DNA of 63,818 nt, counting the filler, from Sluysia triapertura (lineage: Eukaryota): assembly GCA_046118255.1 (NCBI GenBank). It is 5 parts of 5 records of this genome, joined end to end, with 100 filler letters (N's around TTAATTAATTAA, not from the genome) between each part and the next. Parts side by side here need not be neighbours in the genome. Positions count along the whole stretch, not along the records: positions 40,291 to 52,732 come from JBJNIA010108869.1; positions 52,833 to 63,818 come from JBJNIA010190563.1; 3 more parts are not named here. One strand, 5' to 3'. The position numbers and the translations under genes are program-made. Below the pieces are notes generated by a model. That model saw only the letters and a program-made list of their open reading frames with translations. It searched no databases and was not told the DNA's origin. Positions 40,291-53,960 of the stretch are shown piece by piece. Each line of letters begins with the position of its first letter. Within the stretch, counting starts at the first letter, position 1.

Positions 40291-40899
40291 AGTAAGAGTT
40301 TATAACTTAATTTTACAAAGTTTAAAAAACTTATATAAAAATCTTACTAATTGATTTATCAAAGAATAATGGATTGGATTCGGTTCCACAGCGATACTCC
40401 TCTTATCGTAGACGCGGAGATCTCGCTAATAATTGAAGATATCGGATAAAATTAATTGAAACTGCTGCTGATGATTGCGATTTACCAGTTGTGTCGATAA
40501 TAAAATGGCGACTGTATGGTTATTGTTGATGAATGGTGAATGATGAATCTCTTTGTGTCTTTGTTGTCTTTGTTTATTGTATCTTGTACCTTGTGTCTTT
40601 GTTTATTGTGATGTAATTATGGCTGCTGACTCTTTTTATAGTCACAGAGCCATCTTTTTTAAAATATTTTAACAAAACAAACTTCCTTCTGGAAGTTTCT
40701 TTTTTAGTAATTTTTTAAATGTAATAAAAATAATTTTTATTAAAATAATAAATTTAATAAATTTTTATAATAAATATATTTTTTAATAAATTTTTTAATA
40801 ATTAGAAAATTTAAAATATTTACAAAAATTTATACATTCTTTACACATTTATCCATATTAACCTATTTTTTAAAAAAAGAAAATGAAAAGAATGCACTA

Positions 40900-41199
40900 T
40901 TGCATTTTTATACATCACGAAAAGATGAAGTTCGTGACGAAGAACCTAAATATGCCAAAAGAAATGCAGAACACTTATTATACTATATAATACCAAAACA
41001 TGTATTTTATGATTTCATGAACAATCAAATGATATCAAAACATCATTACAAAATCAAATTTCATTTCGCTTATGCAATTGAAAATGGAGGTATTGTATTC
41101 GCAAGTGTCAGTAACTTTTTCTCTGTTTATTACCGAGAAGATTATAAACACGGTGAAGTAGCACTAAGAATATTATTTTCCTACCTAAAAATAAAATAA
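40900..41199 (+). pseudogene. Isolated fragment of membrane adenylate cyclase (type 9-like, start of C2 catalytic domain)
   Basis: AEHLLYYIIPKHV...YAIENGGIVFASVSNFFSVYYREDYKHGEVALRIL matches LL.NIIP.HV...GVIFAS..NF...YEE.Y.GG.E..R.L. No clear GT donor follows, and the frame runs into AT-rich DNA. Confidence 0.75.
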
Positions 41200-42137
41200 A
41201 ACTTATATAAAATTAATATTAAATAATTTTCTAAGTACTTTATTAAAAAATGAATGCTGCATCTACAAAATATTGTTGATCGACAAAATATTTCGACAAT
41301 TTAATAAATTTGTTTAATCGAAAACTTTCAAATTTTCAATCACGGTCACCAATTAAACGACCTCATGCTAGTGTTCGGAGTAAAAAGGTTCGTTCTAGAA
41401 TAGAACATGAAGGCATATTAAAGAGAAGTCAAATATTGTATTACTGATCTTTCACTATTGAAAAGCATAAGCTAGAACATACACGATCATCAAATTTTGA
41501 ATGTCTAGTGCAAGATATGGATATTAGTTTATTTATATATTAGTTTATTTTCTTAATAAAAGATCCATTATTTCGTTTAATATTTATTTGTTAAATTTGT
41601 TTCAACTATGTTTAAAGTATTTTAAAATTAAAATATTGTTAAAGTTAATATTTTTTTAAATACTTAAAAAATAAAACTTAGTTAACGTTTTACCATAAAT
41701 TTTTATTTAACTTTATGATATAAATAACGCCCTCACTAAACTGATAAAACAAATTTAATTAAGTTGATTAACAATTGTACTTTCATCAATTACATACTTT
41801 AAAGCATATTATTAATATGCTCTCTGAAAATATCATACATAAATGACAATGCCTAATTACCATCTCTTTTGTTGAAGCAATTTATCCAAAATAAAATCAA
41901 ATATTACATATTACGTTCGAAAAAAGTTTTAAAATTTTTTTGTTTGAATGTTTTAATTCAATTTGTTTCTTTATTTCAAGGCAAAATTTATTAAAATATT
42001 GCAGAATACAGATTTATAATTTTTAATATTACTTTATTAATTATTATTTTAAAAATTTAATGATTTGTAATTGAACTCCTTTGCTAGTAATGTTAAAATT
42101 TAATATTTTGAGAGGCTTTGCATTTAATTTGAAACGA

Positions 42138-44221
42138 ATGAAATTTTTAAAGTTTATTTTATTATTTCTTTGAATATTATCTTTTTCTTAGACAAGATGA
42201 AGCTCAAAAAATTGATGAAGAGCTTTTTAGTTTTTACAAATATAGTGTAGATCAATTGATGGAACTTGCAGGTTTAAGCTGTGCGTCTGCAATTCACAAA
42301 GTGCACATACTTATATTTAATTGAATTTTAGGTATATCCTAAAGAACTAATAGGGCCTAAAATATTTATATCGTGCGGTCCTGGAAATAACGGTGGTGAT
42401 GGATTAGTGTGTGCGCGACATTTGAAGTTATTTGTTAGTTTTAACTTTAATCTTTGTTATCAGATTATATGAGAATTAATTTTTGGTTTAGTTTAAATTA
42501 ATTTATCGTATTTGTGATAAAGATACAATATACGGTAATAAAATTAATTTTAAAACTTTAATGTGTAATTAGCGGAAAATTACAAATAGTAGTTTAATGT
42601 TAATACCAATACTATTTACAGCTTTCCATTATTTTTAACAGTATTTAGGAATGCATAAACGTGAGTAAAACAACTTTATTTGTCCATGTCACCTCGAAAT
42701 TGTGAAAATATTTTTTAGTACAATGGAGATCATTTGTAATGATTTCATATATTCTTTCATTAATAGTTTGATAATATATTAATTAGGTTTGGGGATTAAA
42801 CTTTTGATAACAGCTATTCTATTGTTTGATCAAAAAGCAAATATAATTATAAAATCAAATACTTATTTATTCAGGGATATGAACCTAGTGTGTATTATCC
42901 GAAGCCATCTACTGGACAACTATTTAGTAACTTAGTTTCTCAGTGTCGGAGTATGAATATTGACTTTGTGGAAGATACACAGGAAAATGTTAGATAAAAT
43001 GTTTTATGCATTATATTTTCATTAAATTGAAAAGGCCATATCCATTATTTATTTTTATAACATTAATAGTCATTAAAACGTTTATCTTAGATTTTATTAC
43101 ACAAAGATTTAAAAATCCATGTGAAACTGAATTTTACACTTGGTTTTGTTTGGTTTTTACCAGTGAAAAACTTTCCAGAATTTTTATATCCGCATTGTAC
43201 AATTTTCTGATGTAGTCCATTACATATTATAATATCTAAATATTACTTTTTGACATTTGTTGTACGTTCATTGAATAATGAGCCTACAATGAAAGTAATC
43301 TGAGAAAGTTGTATAATTGTATTTAGATAAACATAATATATTTATTTTAATACTAAATTTTATTTAGGGAAAGATCAAAATAATATGAATGAAGTTGAAC
43401 ATAGATCAGTAATATTTCAGGAAAATAAATATTAAAAGAATTACGCGATGTGTATAAAAATTATTTCACTATTCCTCTAGAAAGACAAATTATTCAAACT
43501 TATATCCAACGGTTAAATGATGTAATTGGTTATAAGTTACTTTGGTCAATCGGGTTTAAAAAATTGTGCTCCAAACTTGTTCTGCTTATATTAAGTTGTA
43601 GAGATGGCTTAAAACCAACTTCAATCGAATGTAAAAGTTCGGAAACAATATAGTAATGATTTACCGAACACGAATTAGGACTTAGTTTATATTTTTATGG
43701 GAGTAGAAGAATCGAAATATCCTGAAAGATCACTATCTTTCAAAATTGAAGCCGATACTTCAGATGGTACAGAAATGATTTTATCTGCTTTTTTGGAACC
43801 AAGATGGTACATTACTTGCTTTTTTTGGAAAAGGACAAGCTACAAATGTTGAACATTATCAAACGTTATTTATTGTCTTTCTTTCCGATTGGTTTGTGGT
43901 TAAAGGTGTATAAGTGCATAAGTTTTATATTGAAAAGTTGTGCTTATAAATGTTTTGCTAAATATATGTAGAATATCTTTTATGTATTTATTTTCTTTCA
44001 ATATTTGGATCATTGTTTAATGAACGTACGACGAATTTGTTAAGAATATTTTAAAATATATTTTTATATTAAGATTGATTTAATTGATACAAAATATAAT
44101 TTATTGGTGGATGCTTTGTTTGGATTTAGTTTTCGTCCTCCTGTACGAGATGCTTTTATTCCAATCATGAACTATTTATCAAAAACAACCTTGCCGATTG
44201 TTAGTATTGATATTCCTTCTG
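42138..44221 (+). CDS. NAXE: NAD(P)H-hydrate epimerase (YjeF_N / APOA1BP), 5' five exons; 3' exon(s) not found
   Basis: Exons 42138-42151, 42192-42300, 42332-42433, 42875-42988 and 44074-44221, all GT-AG, splice in frame. The product is [44 protein letters not shown]...[30 protein letters not shown]...[16 protein letters not shown]...[10 protein letters not shown]. Confidence 0.95.
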
Positions 44222-47200
44222 GTTAGTTTTTTGACAATGAAAATTTAGTACCTATAAAATTATTCTACTTTATTTAATTATTATGGTTCTTTAAGTGTAT
44301 AAGTCATTTATTATATGTTTTAATGAATTAACATATTTTGTTACGTAATTAATTTTACTCTAATAAATAAACATAAACTGAAAACAAAATATCACCAAAT
44401 ATCTGCTATCTTCTACGTAAATATTTAAATTCATATTAATTCATTCTGAAAATAACTTTGTATTGAAAGAAAGCTAAGCTTCTGCCATAACCCGAATAAT
44501 TTCAAATCTTTTATTTTTTTATGTTTTTATCGTACAAGATTCAATTGTTGTCTTATATAAACTTTCAAAATTAGAATAGGTAATTTTGCTTCGGACAATT
44601 ATTTATGTTTTTAGATTTTTCAATCTACATTTTGAAAATTTCATTTCATAATTTCGTGCATTTTTTACGGAGATAAAGATAGTGTTACCATAAAATAACC
44701 ATTCAAATGTTTATCGAACGGATAATTTAATATAGGAGTAATTTAATATTGGAGTAATTTAATATTGATGTAATTTAAACAGAAGCTTCTACAACAAGAT
44801 TGACATTTTTTGTTTAGTTGTTTCTCTGATTCTCTGAAGTTTCCAGTGTGGCTTTTATAACTTTATGCGTATATGAAAATGCTTTTGGATTGATTATAAG
44901 TTTCAATTAGTTGATATTTTGTGACTTTTAACTCAAATTACTGAAAATTTATTCTTACATCTGAATTTTAATCGAATAACTTTTAATTTGCAACTCTTAT
45001 TGGTTTAATTTTAGCAATGAAAGATGTTTCTCTGGTTACTCCTTTATTTAAGTGTGGCCTTATAAAATTTTTATTTTTATTTCATTATTTCCATCTGCTG
45101 ATGAATTTTTTATAGTTGAATAACTTATCCTCTATATATCTCTGAATTTATCTAATAATTTTTCCATTCGTTTAAAATTTTATAATCTAAGTCTGAAAGT
45201 TTGCTTCAATACTCGTCTTTGTTCTTAAAGATGGAAGTGCCAAATTAGGGTTCTATAAACTTTTGTTTTAAATCTTTAAAAAATCCCACTTTCCAAACAC
45301 GTAATAACAGGCGAATAAAAAGATTTTATTCAACAAAATATCTATTAATAGATGTAACTACAAGCTATAAACAAATACTCCGAGCCGTAAAAAATTTTAT
45401 AAATTTTTATTCTCATTTTAAGAGATAAAATTTCCACTTTCCAAGGCATTTCAATTTTTGATTAATATGATGGATATTGTAATCCCAAAATCATAAACTA
45501 ATATAAATAATTTGTAATTTTTACCATTTTCTCGGTTTTATTGTAAATTGAGAAACAAATTAATTTATGATTAATGAATTTCAATGAATTGTTTTATTGA
45601 AAAACTAATGTTATTCTACTTTACAACTTTTTAATTTTATATCATTGGTATTTTCAATCCATATTTTGCTGGAAGAGGAATTATATATACAATGTTCAAA
45701 TTACAAAAATATTACTATGAATTAAATCCAGATCCAGAGAAATTAGTTATTTATCGAAGTATGTGTAAGCGAGTTTTGCGCAGTCTTTGTGATGATCATT
45801 ATCGTCTGATGTCCAGCGTTTGCTCTAGCTATAAGAGAATGCCGGCATCAGTTTTTACAACATTTTTGTAATTGCAAAGGTCACAATATTACAGTTGGAT
45901 CTATTTCTGCCCGCACTAAATGCAACAATATCCATTAGTTCCAGTTCGGCGGAGTAAAACATGATTATTTCGTGAAATTGTTTGGAAGTTTCATAATAAA
46001 TGCTATAGAGTCAACAAGAAAACGAAATACATATTTTCCTAAAAATATCTAATGAATATTTATAATGAATGTAAGATTACAGAAAATCCAAGTACGTATT
46101 TTTAAAAACCAGATATATTTTGGAAGAATCGGATAAAGTTTCTAAATGTTTTCAAGATTATTTCAACCAACTGAGTGAGGTAAAAATAGCTAACTAAATG
46201 ATAATCAGAGTTGATAATTTAATCTTTTTGTAAATAAGCTGTTTAATTTGATTAAAGAATATCTGAAAAATTTTTTTCATATTTTGTGTGATTTTAAATT
46301 TTCAGTTTTGACGTAGAACCATAATTAAATCATGTAAGTTAAATACTATGCATAAATTATGCATTTTCTGTAGATAAATCAAAGAAACCAAATTTTATAT
46401 TATTAATACGTTATAAAACATTTTTTCTAAATAAACAATTTTAATTAAATATTTTGTATAATTTATATTTTGTATTTCTCTGAATGAACAACTGAAAACA
46501 ATAATCAGAATTTACTTTGTATATAATAGATTATATTTAACGGCTAAAGTATTATACAGTATGTTTACCTAACGTTAATTTATGACTATTTTTAAGTTGA
46601 GCTCTAAGAACATAACAATGGCCAGTAATTTCGAAAAACTTTGCTATTTAAATGTTTTCTTTAATTACACATTGATTTTCTTGTCTTAACCTCGTTATTA
46701 TTTTTATGACAATAATGTTTAGTATCGGCTTATCTAAATAATTTTTGTAATTTTTATAAATTGGAGGTTTGTTAAACAGAATTTTTAATAGAACTATTTC
46801 TATTATTTTATTAGATTTTATGAAAATGTAGTTTAAAATATGTTAAGAGAAACTATTCAATTTTAAACATGAAATAACAATGTATCTGTAAAAAAAATAA
46901 TTTTCATTGTTATTTACCTAAATTCTTTTATTCATTATTTTAGTAGAGGCTTGTGTAATTTTTATTTTTATATTGTATTTTTAATTGAAATACATTAAAT
47001 TTATATTCAAACATTGGGTTATTTTTTGTTCGTTTAACAGTTCAAATTTTATAAACTCACGAATGAGAACTTTTTCATGATTTATTTTTGAAGCATTTTG
47101 CCTAAGTTCGAAAGATTACAATTTCTAATTACAATTTTATGCATCCATGTGATACCCTGCATTGTCAGATTAATAATGTTATAAAAGTTGTATTTTTATA

Positions 47201-48519
47201 TTAAGTCGTAATAGATTCATAAAATTATTTTCACAAGGAAATAATTTTCTTACTGCAATATTTTTAAACATGACACAAACACAAGCGTATTATTTTGATT
47301 GTGTGATGTAGATTTAATTTTTCTCCTTATTATTTATGGGTATTGATTTATACAATTTTGCTAATGTATTTGATAATTGGTTTTTACCCAAATTTGATAT
47401 TTCTAGTTTAAAATTGATGTTAACAATTTTTGGCCTTATGTGTTTTATTTTTTATGATTAACTTTGATTTTTGGTATTTATAATATATTTTCCATTATTT
47501 CCAAAAATAAAAATAAAAACTAACGACTGAATTTTCGTCCTTTAACTGCTGGACAAAATAGGTAACAAATGAGTGGTTACAATTTTAGAATCCAATCTTC
47601 TATTTTGATTTAACCTTTTATGCATCCTAAGAAAATAATATAAATAAATGTATAAATACTTACTTTTATCATATTTTCTTTTCATATTTTTCCCTCTATT
47701 TTTCTTTGAAAAAAAGAAAAGATTGAACAACTAAATTACCTAAAAATGTTTTATAATTTAGTACCTTTTCTAAATTGTTTATGCAATTATCTACAAAATT
47801 TAATTTTAAAAATTACAACACATCCCTAAAATTGATTTGACAATTTTTAAAGATTCTGTTTCTTAATAATCACTGAGTGTATTGTATCACCAAGACGCGC
47901 ACATAAGAGTCTTTGTGCTATATAGTCATTGGTGGGTTATTTTTTTAAGTGACCTTTTACAGTCACTTTTATTGGTTTTATTTAAAATAACCACTAAGGA
48001 GAAAATATTTAACGTGAAATTTTTAAACAAATATTTAAATTAGTGTCAACCACCAAATTGATTTGGGTCAATAATTAAATTAAATTAATTTAAATCGAAC
48101 TTAAAAATAATTCGATTTAGCTATTAATGTACGATAAAAAAAACTTGATCGTTCTGAATCAGCTGCACAAAATAATTCTAATTAACAAATATTAAAAACT
48201 TGAACCGTTTCGAATCGGCTTGTGATTCTCTCTTAGCTTTATTTATAGTCGTATATTGTTATTACTTTCTATAATTTTCATTTATTTTATTAATTTAATA
48301 TCACCATATAATACACATTATTTTAGCAAATATATTATTTAATATTAATCATATAATTTAATATCAACATACATTTTTCTATATTTTATGTACAACATTA
48401 TAGCAACATACATTCTTAACTTTATGGTACATTATAAATGCATTGGTACGTTATAAATGTACTTTATTTAATTAGAGTATTACTAACATCATTTAATTCT
48501 TAGTTAACACTACGAAGTT

Positions 48520-49850
48520 TTACTTACAACTTTTTTGTTTTGACTGAAGCAATATACCCATTAGCTTTTCACAAAAGGAATACTCACTGGGCATTTGACA
48601 TTGATAGTCTTTTAGAAATGTTAAGTAAAGCAACTTGATCAGCAGTTTTATTAAAATTAAAAAAACATTAAATAATTCTAAAATCATTTCAGCAGCCTTT
48701 ATGATTATAACAATGAAGTCATTATATGAATTCAAAAAAGGACGCGGAGATTCAATTTACAAAGTTTGACTTCGACTTTTAATATCGATGGATTTTAACA
48801 CATCTAAAATTGGAGTTCTTATAAATCCTATTATATCTAGAACACTTCCCAGGTTCTCAAAACTCACTCAAATATTTATCAGTGACATCAGGAACATAAA
48901 CTTTTCCATCATCTCTTAATAAACTTGAAATCTTTACAGCACCATATCCCGTAAATATAGTAATATCTAATGATTTTCTTTCATAAATCATCCCCTGGTG
49001 AGAGCATTGCATAAATTTTAACGTTTTTTTCTCTATTAACCATGACTGTACTACTGAAGGCAGAGTATTTTTCGTCATAAAATCAACGATTTTCATATGA
49101 TCACCTTTTTTTAAGTCTTTGACGAAATAGCAAAATTTATAAATGAATGTCTTACATTTGTTTATCTCCAAAAAGGTTATTTCAATTTTTAATTTTTCAC
49201 GAAATTTTTCTATTATAAAATTCTCTGCCATTTTAATTTTTTAACTTAAATAATTTTTAATTACATAAATTAACGGGATTATCTATCCCTTACAGATATT
49301 TAAGTTATTCTTAAATCTATAATTATTCTTTAAAATGCCCTAGATGGCCTGAACTTCAAACATTTTATTTTTATTATAATTAGTATTAGCATTATTAAGA
49401 GTCATCTGCCATATAATAAAAAATTAATGAGGAAAAATCTGGTTTCATACTAAATTCTGGTATTAATGAGAATTTTAATGTTGATCCTTTACGTTAGTCT
49501 ACATATGAAATCCGTAGTTCACATTCATCATATCATTTATCTTTCGAGACCTTCTAGCTGTTTCAGCACAATTATCTTATCAAATTGTTTCGTAAAAAAA
49601 CAAATTCTATTTCCTTCAGACCTGGGTACAATATCTGCTTATTTGAACATACCATTAATTATATTGTTAGGTTGACATTAGAATCCTCTAAAATCACTTT
49701 AAAATGAAACTTATTTTCTAAAAAAGAAAAATCGCTTCTAAAAATAGAAAAAGAAGTTTCTACTATTTTCTAGAATTCGATTCGCTTTTGATTGGCTGTC
49801 GGCGATATCTGCAGCTAAATCACAAAGTTCCACAGGATTAGCCATTGTTA
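48520..49850 (-). other. Cluster of short, partly decayed, intronless head-to-tail ORFs of unknown function
   Basis: ORFs 48857-49231 and 48520-48735, plus a broken frame starting MANPVELCDLAADIAD near 49847. The 49231 and 49847 starts share an A-rich A(A/C)AATGGC context. No family recognised. Confidence 0.3.
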
Positions 49851-51991
49851 TTTTTATAAATCTTTATTTTTACAAAATTGACAAAGATCCATTCAGCCAT
49901 TTTTGTTTAGTGATAATTTTAAAAAACAAGACGCCATAATCTGCTGAACGGTTGTAATTTTAGCAATACTAATTCTAACTTGAGGAGCTGTTAATCACAT
50001 TCTTCTACAATATTCGATCGGATTTCATCTTATTTATTCCATGAGTTTCGTAAGTTATTTTTTTTGTTAAGGTGATATTAATTTTTTGAAATTATTATCA
50101 TATAATCTACTTAAATATAATTTATATATTTTATTCCTCGATTTATTGTGAGGTAAATTCGATTTTAAATTTTACCATCATAAATTAAAGGCCTCAGTCG
50201 GTTTTAATTTTAAATTGGACTATCATTTTTATTGCTATTTCTAATCTCTTCTTGTGCGTTTACTTTGAATTGTATTATAATAAAAGCATTTTGATTGTTA
50301 TTGTAAATTTTGAAAATAAGCACTTGTTGGATTTGTGTTTTAGTTAATGAGACAGATATAAGACCCTCTTTGTTCTACAAAATAGTGTTATTAAGATAAA
50401 TTACTTAAGTTAGATAACATTAAATATATTGAAGAAATAAGAAAGTTAAATTGAATTAATTTAAATTTTGCTTTAAAAGCAGCATTCGATATTAAGAATA
50501 AATATCGAAGTTACATACATAAGTGAATAGAAAATATATTAAGCTAAATATATATATTTTACGTTAAGATTCGTTAACTTATAGTTACAGGAACACCCAT
50601 TCTACGTCATAAGTCGTTTAATGTAACCGGACCAAGCTCAATTTTATTTTGCATAGGTTAAGATTTAAGAAAATTACGGCAACATAATAAATACAACATT
50701 TGACTCGCTTTGAACAATGTATAACAAATCTTATGTGAGCCTATTGTGGTGGTTCAAACTTTCATTTAAAATTTCACTAAAATCTCAAATATAAAATATT
50801 TAAAGTAAACAAAATACCAAACAAATATACAATCACATATAAAACTAGCATGTCAACATCAACACATTTAAAAACTTAAAATCAAATTGAATTCAAAACA
50901 ATAAAATTTCTATAAAACACTTCAAATTTTTATCAACCTTCTATCATCTTTTCTAACTTTCATGTCACCTCTTTTTTACAGAAATCGATAATCAGTATAA
51001 AAAGATCGAATCACTCAATTCAATGATTAAAAGTCACTGAAATAATTCAATTTCTTAAAAAAGGTCAAACCTTTTCCACAATACCAAAATGATAAAAATT
51101 TTTAAAAATTTCTAATTTGCATCGTAAGATGTAGTTATGCATATTGATATAAATTGGTTACTAAAATTAGTGGCAGTACACAATAAAACTATCACACGCC
51201 AACCAAAATTTTAGTTCAAAATTAAAAATTATATTCGTTACGATATTTATTCATTAAAATAATCATTTTCTTTTCAAATAAAACATCCTAAATACGAATT
51301 TTAATACTATACTTTTAATTAAATAAATAAATTTTATTTTTCTCCGTAAATTTATTTGAACAATTAAACCAAAATCTATTAATCGTCAAAAACAAATAAA
51401 GTTATCATCATGTTGATAAATCTAAATCTCAAATTATCATGTTAATGAATAAAGTTAAAATTAAAGATATTTTGTTGTTTTATTATTACAATTTTTATAG
51501 GTTTGTTTATAAACCTCATGATCACTTTGTAAATGCTGTGGTTTTTTTTATATAACTTAGCTTTACTAAAACAGCAAAATAGAATGAGAAGGTTCGTCTA
51601 CAATACACGACTTACAAATGGCGTGGCTGTAGATGCGTGAAATAAGAGAAATAAAAGTATTTCGATAAAATTCGTAATGTACGCGAACGGTTACTTAAAA
51701 ACGTAATAAAGTTAACTTTGTCAAATTTCTTTATTATTAATATATTTCAAATCTTTAAAAACTAACGTACTTGAATATATGTATTTCTACTTAGCCTTAT
51801 CAAAATTATTATCTCGAATATCCTAAACTATTTGCTCTAAGAACTAACTTATCACTATTCGATATTAAATAAAAAACTTTAACATTTATTATTTACAATA
51901 AAAATTACTAAACCAACAATATTAACGTGAAAATATGTACTTAATTTACAGCTAAATATCAAAAAATTCAAGTTAGTTAATAATAATAATA

Positions 51992-52033
<42 letters not shown>

Positions 52034-52732
52034 AATATTTTTTTTAAAGAAACCTAGTATATGAGAGGCTGGGTTTCAGATTTTAATTAATTTAAAAAGA
52101 TTTTATTATTGGCCTTAAGGAACAACACAAATAGAATATTTTAAGTAATATTTTATGACACTGTTCGAGTTCAAATCTATAAAAATTAGACTTACTACTT
52201 GTACGGAATAATATAATAATTATTGGGTCAAATCGAGGAATATCTGCGACTATATCTTGGTATCTGCTTCCTGAAATTGCTGTTGAATACTTTATTCTTC
52301 TGTCACGACTTTATTAATTTGTCTTTGTCTGCTTTTTTCTACACCTTCTTTCTTTAACAATTGTGTCCTAACTTTATTTGTGTCTTTGCTTTTATACTAA
52401 TTTTTGGGACAAAGACATTAAAATATTTTAATTAAGATAAACAAATATTTTCGAGATGGTTCTTTTAGTTAATTTTTAATGAAAAATTTATTATAATTTT
52501 TAAATAATAATAATTTACATGATTTTTAATATTTCAATTTTTATATAAAAATATAAAAAAATAAAAATACAAAATATTAAAATATAAATAATAAATTATA
52601 ATAAAACACACAAATTACAAATATATAAAAATTATAACGTTACAAACGTAGATGACGTAAAAATTAATTATTTTAATTAGTGCTTATAATTTAAAATCAA
52701 AGTTAAAAGCGTTCCGATGTTTAAGTATTAAT

Positions 52733-52832
52733 NNNNNNNNNNNNNNNNNNNNNNNNNNNNNNNNNNNNNNNNNNNNTTAATTAATTAANNNNNNNNNNNN
52801 NNNNNNNNNNNNNNNNNNNNNNNNNNNNNNNN
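52733..52832. other. Artificial assembly spacer (44N-TTAATTAATTAA-44N)
   Basis: Same 100-bp linker. Confidence 0.97.
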
Positions 52833-53899
52833 TTAATTATAAATTATTTTAATTATTAAAAAATTTCAAAAATTTACAAAAATTAACTAAAATTTTAAAC
52901 ATTCTTACAGTACTTAATAATCTTAAGGGGTTCATTTAACTATTTAATAATTGGGCTTCAAGTAATTATCGTCATATATTTAATTTTTAGCAAATGTTAT
53001 CTAATTAACTCTGTATAATCTTGTAAATTAAAATAAATGAAACGATTAGAAGCTTTATTTAATTATTATTGAATTCTATATAAATTACGCTTTCTTTCTA
53101 AGTGAATTAAAACCAATAACATTATAATTTTATTCAAATTAAAGCGCAAAATAATTATACAAAAATATAATGTAGAGTAGGTGAAAAAAAATAAACTATA
53201 ATTAATTATATTTACGTAACCCATATAATAATTTTTATAAAATATTCATGTACTATTTTGCATTGGTATTTTTCTATGCTCAGTAATTTCCGAATTCCAT
53301 TCTCTAACATCTTTATCATAGTGCATTTCACCTTTAGTTAATTTCATTTTACAATTAATAAATTACATTTAATATTTATCTATGCATTTTCTAGTAATGT
53401 GGCTAATTTCTTCAATGTAATAGTTTTCATTTCCATTATATTAATATTATTTGATTTTATATTCCTACAATGGTTCTGTTCAATCCATAACTATTAATAG
53501 GTTCCTTTGATTATTCTACATTCGCTTTATTTTATTTTCTTCTAACTTTGGTATGTTTTTTCCTATTTTCAAACTTTTAAGCTTTTCTTTGAAATTATTT
53601 TATAATAAAAGTACTTTTTTTAATATTTAGTACATTTAATTTTTTTTGAATTATTGAAACGATAAAAGTTCAATTAAATATTTAAATACAAAATAATATA
53701 CATTAATAATTTAGTAAAATAAAAACAAACGATTTTTGAATCAAGAGAATCAATAAATTGCTAAATAAGTAATTATCTAGAATTAAATAATATTATAATG
53801 AAACTAAAGTCTGAAAGTGAAGCCTTTACTAATTGTATTAATTTCTTAAATACATGAGGTGAGTAAAGTAACTTTACGCAGCATAAAAGTAGTTAGTAA

Positions 53900-53960
53900 A
53901 TGCGTTCACCAACGCATCTAGGCTTACGGATTACGGCTAGGCCGTTGGAAAATTCAGCAG
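53900..53960 (+). repeat. Dispersed repeat family copy C (hairpin-bearing)
   Basis: GTTCACCAACGCATCTAGGCTTACGGATTACGGCTAGGCCGTTGGAAAA, homologous to copies A and B. Confidence 0.65.

Noticed and set aside
46305-46325. GFDVEP-like string as the next NAXE exon
   Set aside because: No compatible acceptor, and an immediate stop follows.
47525-47565. GTCC...GGACGAAA on the minus strand resembling hammerhead stem II
   Set aside because: The required CTGANGA core is absent.
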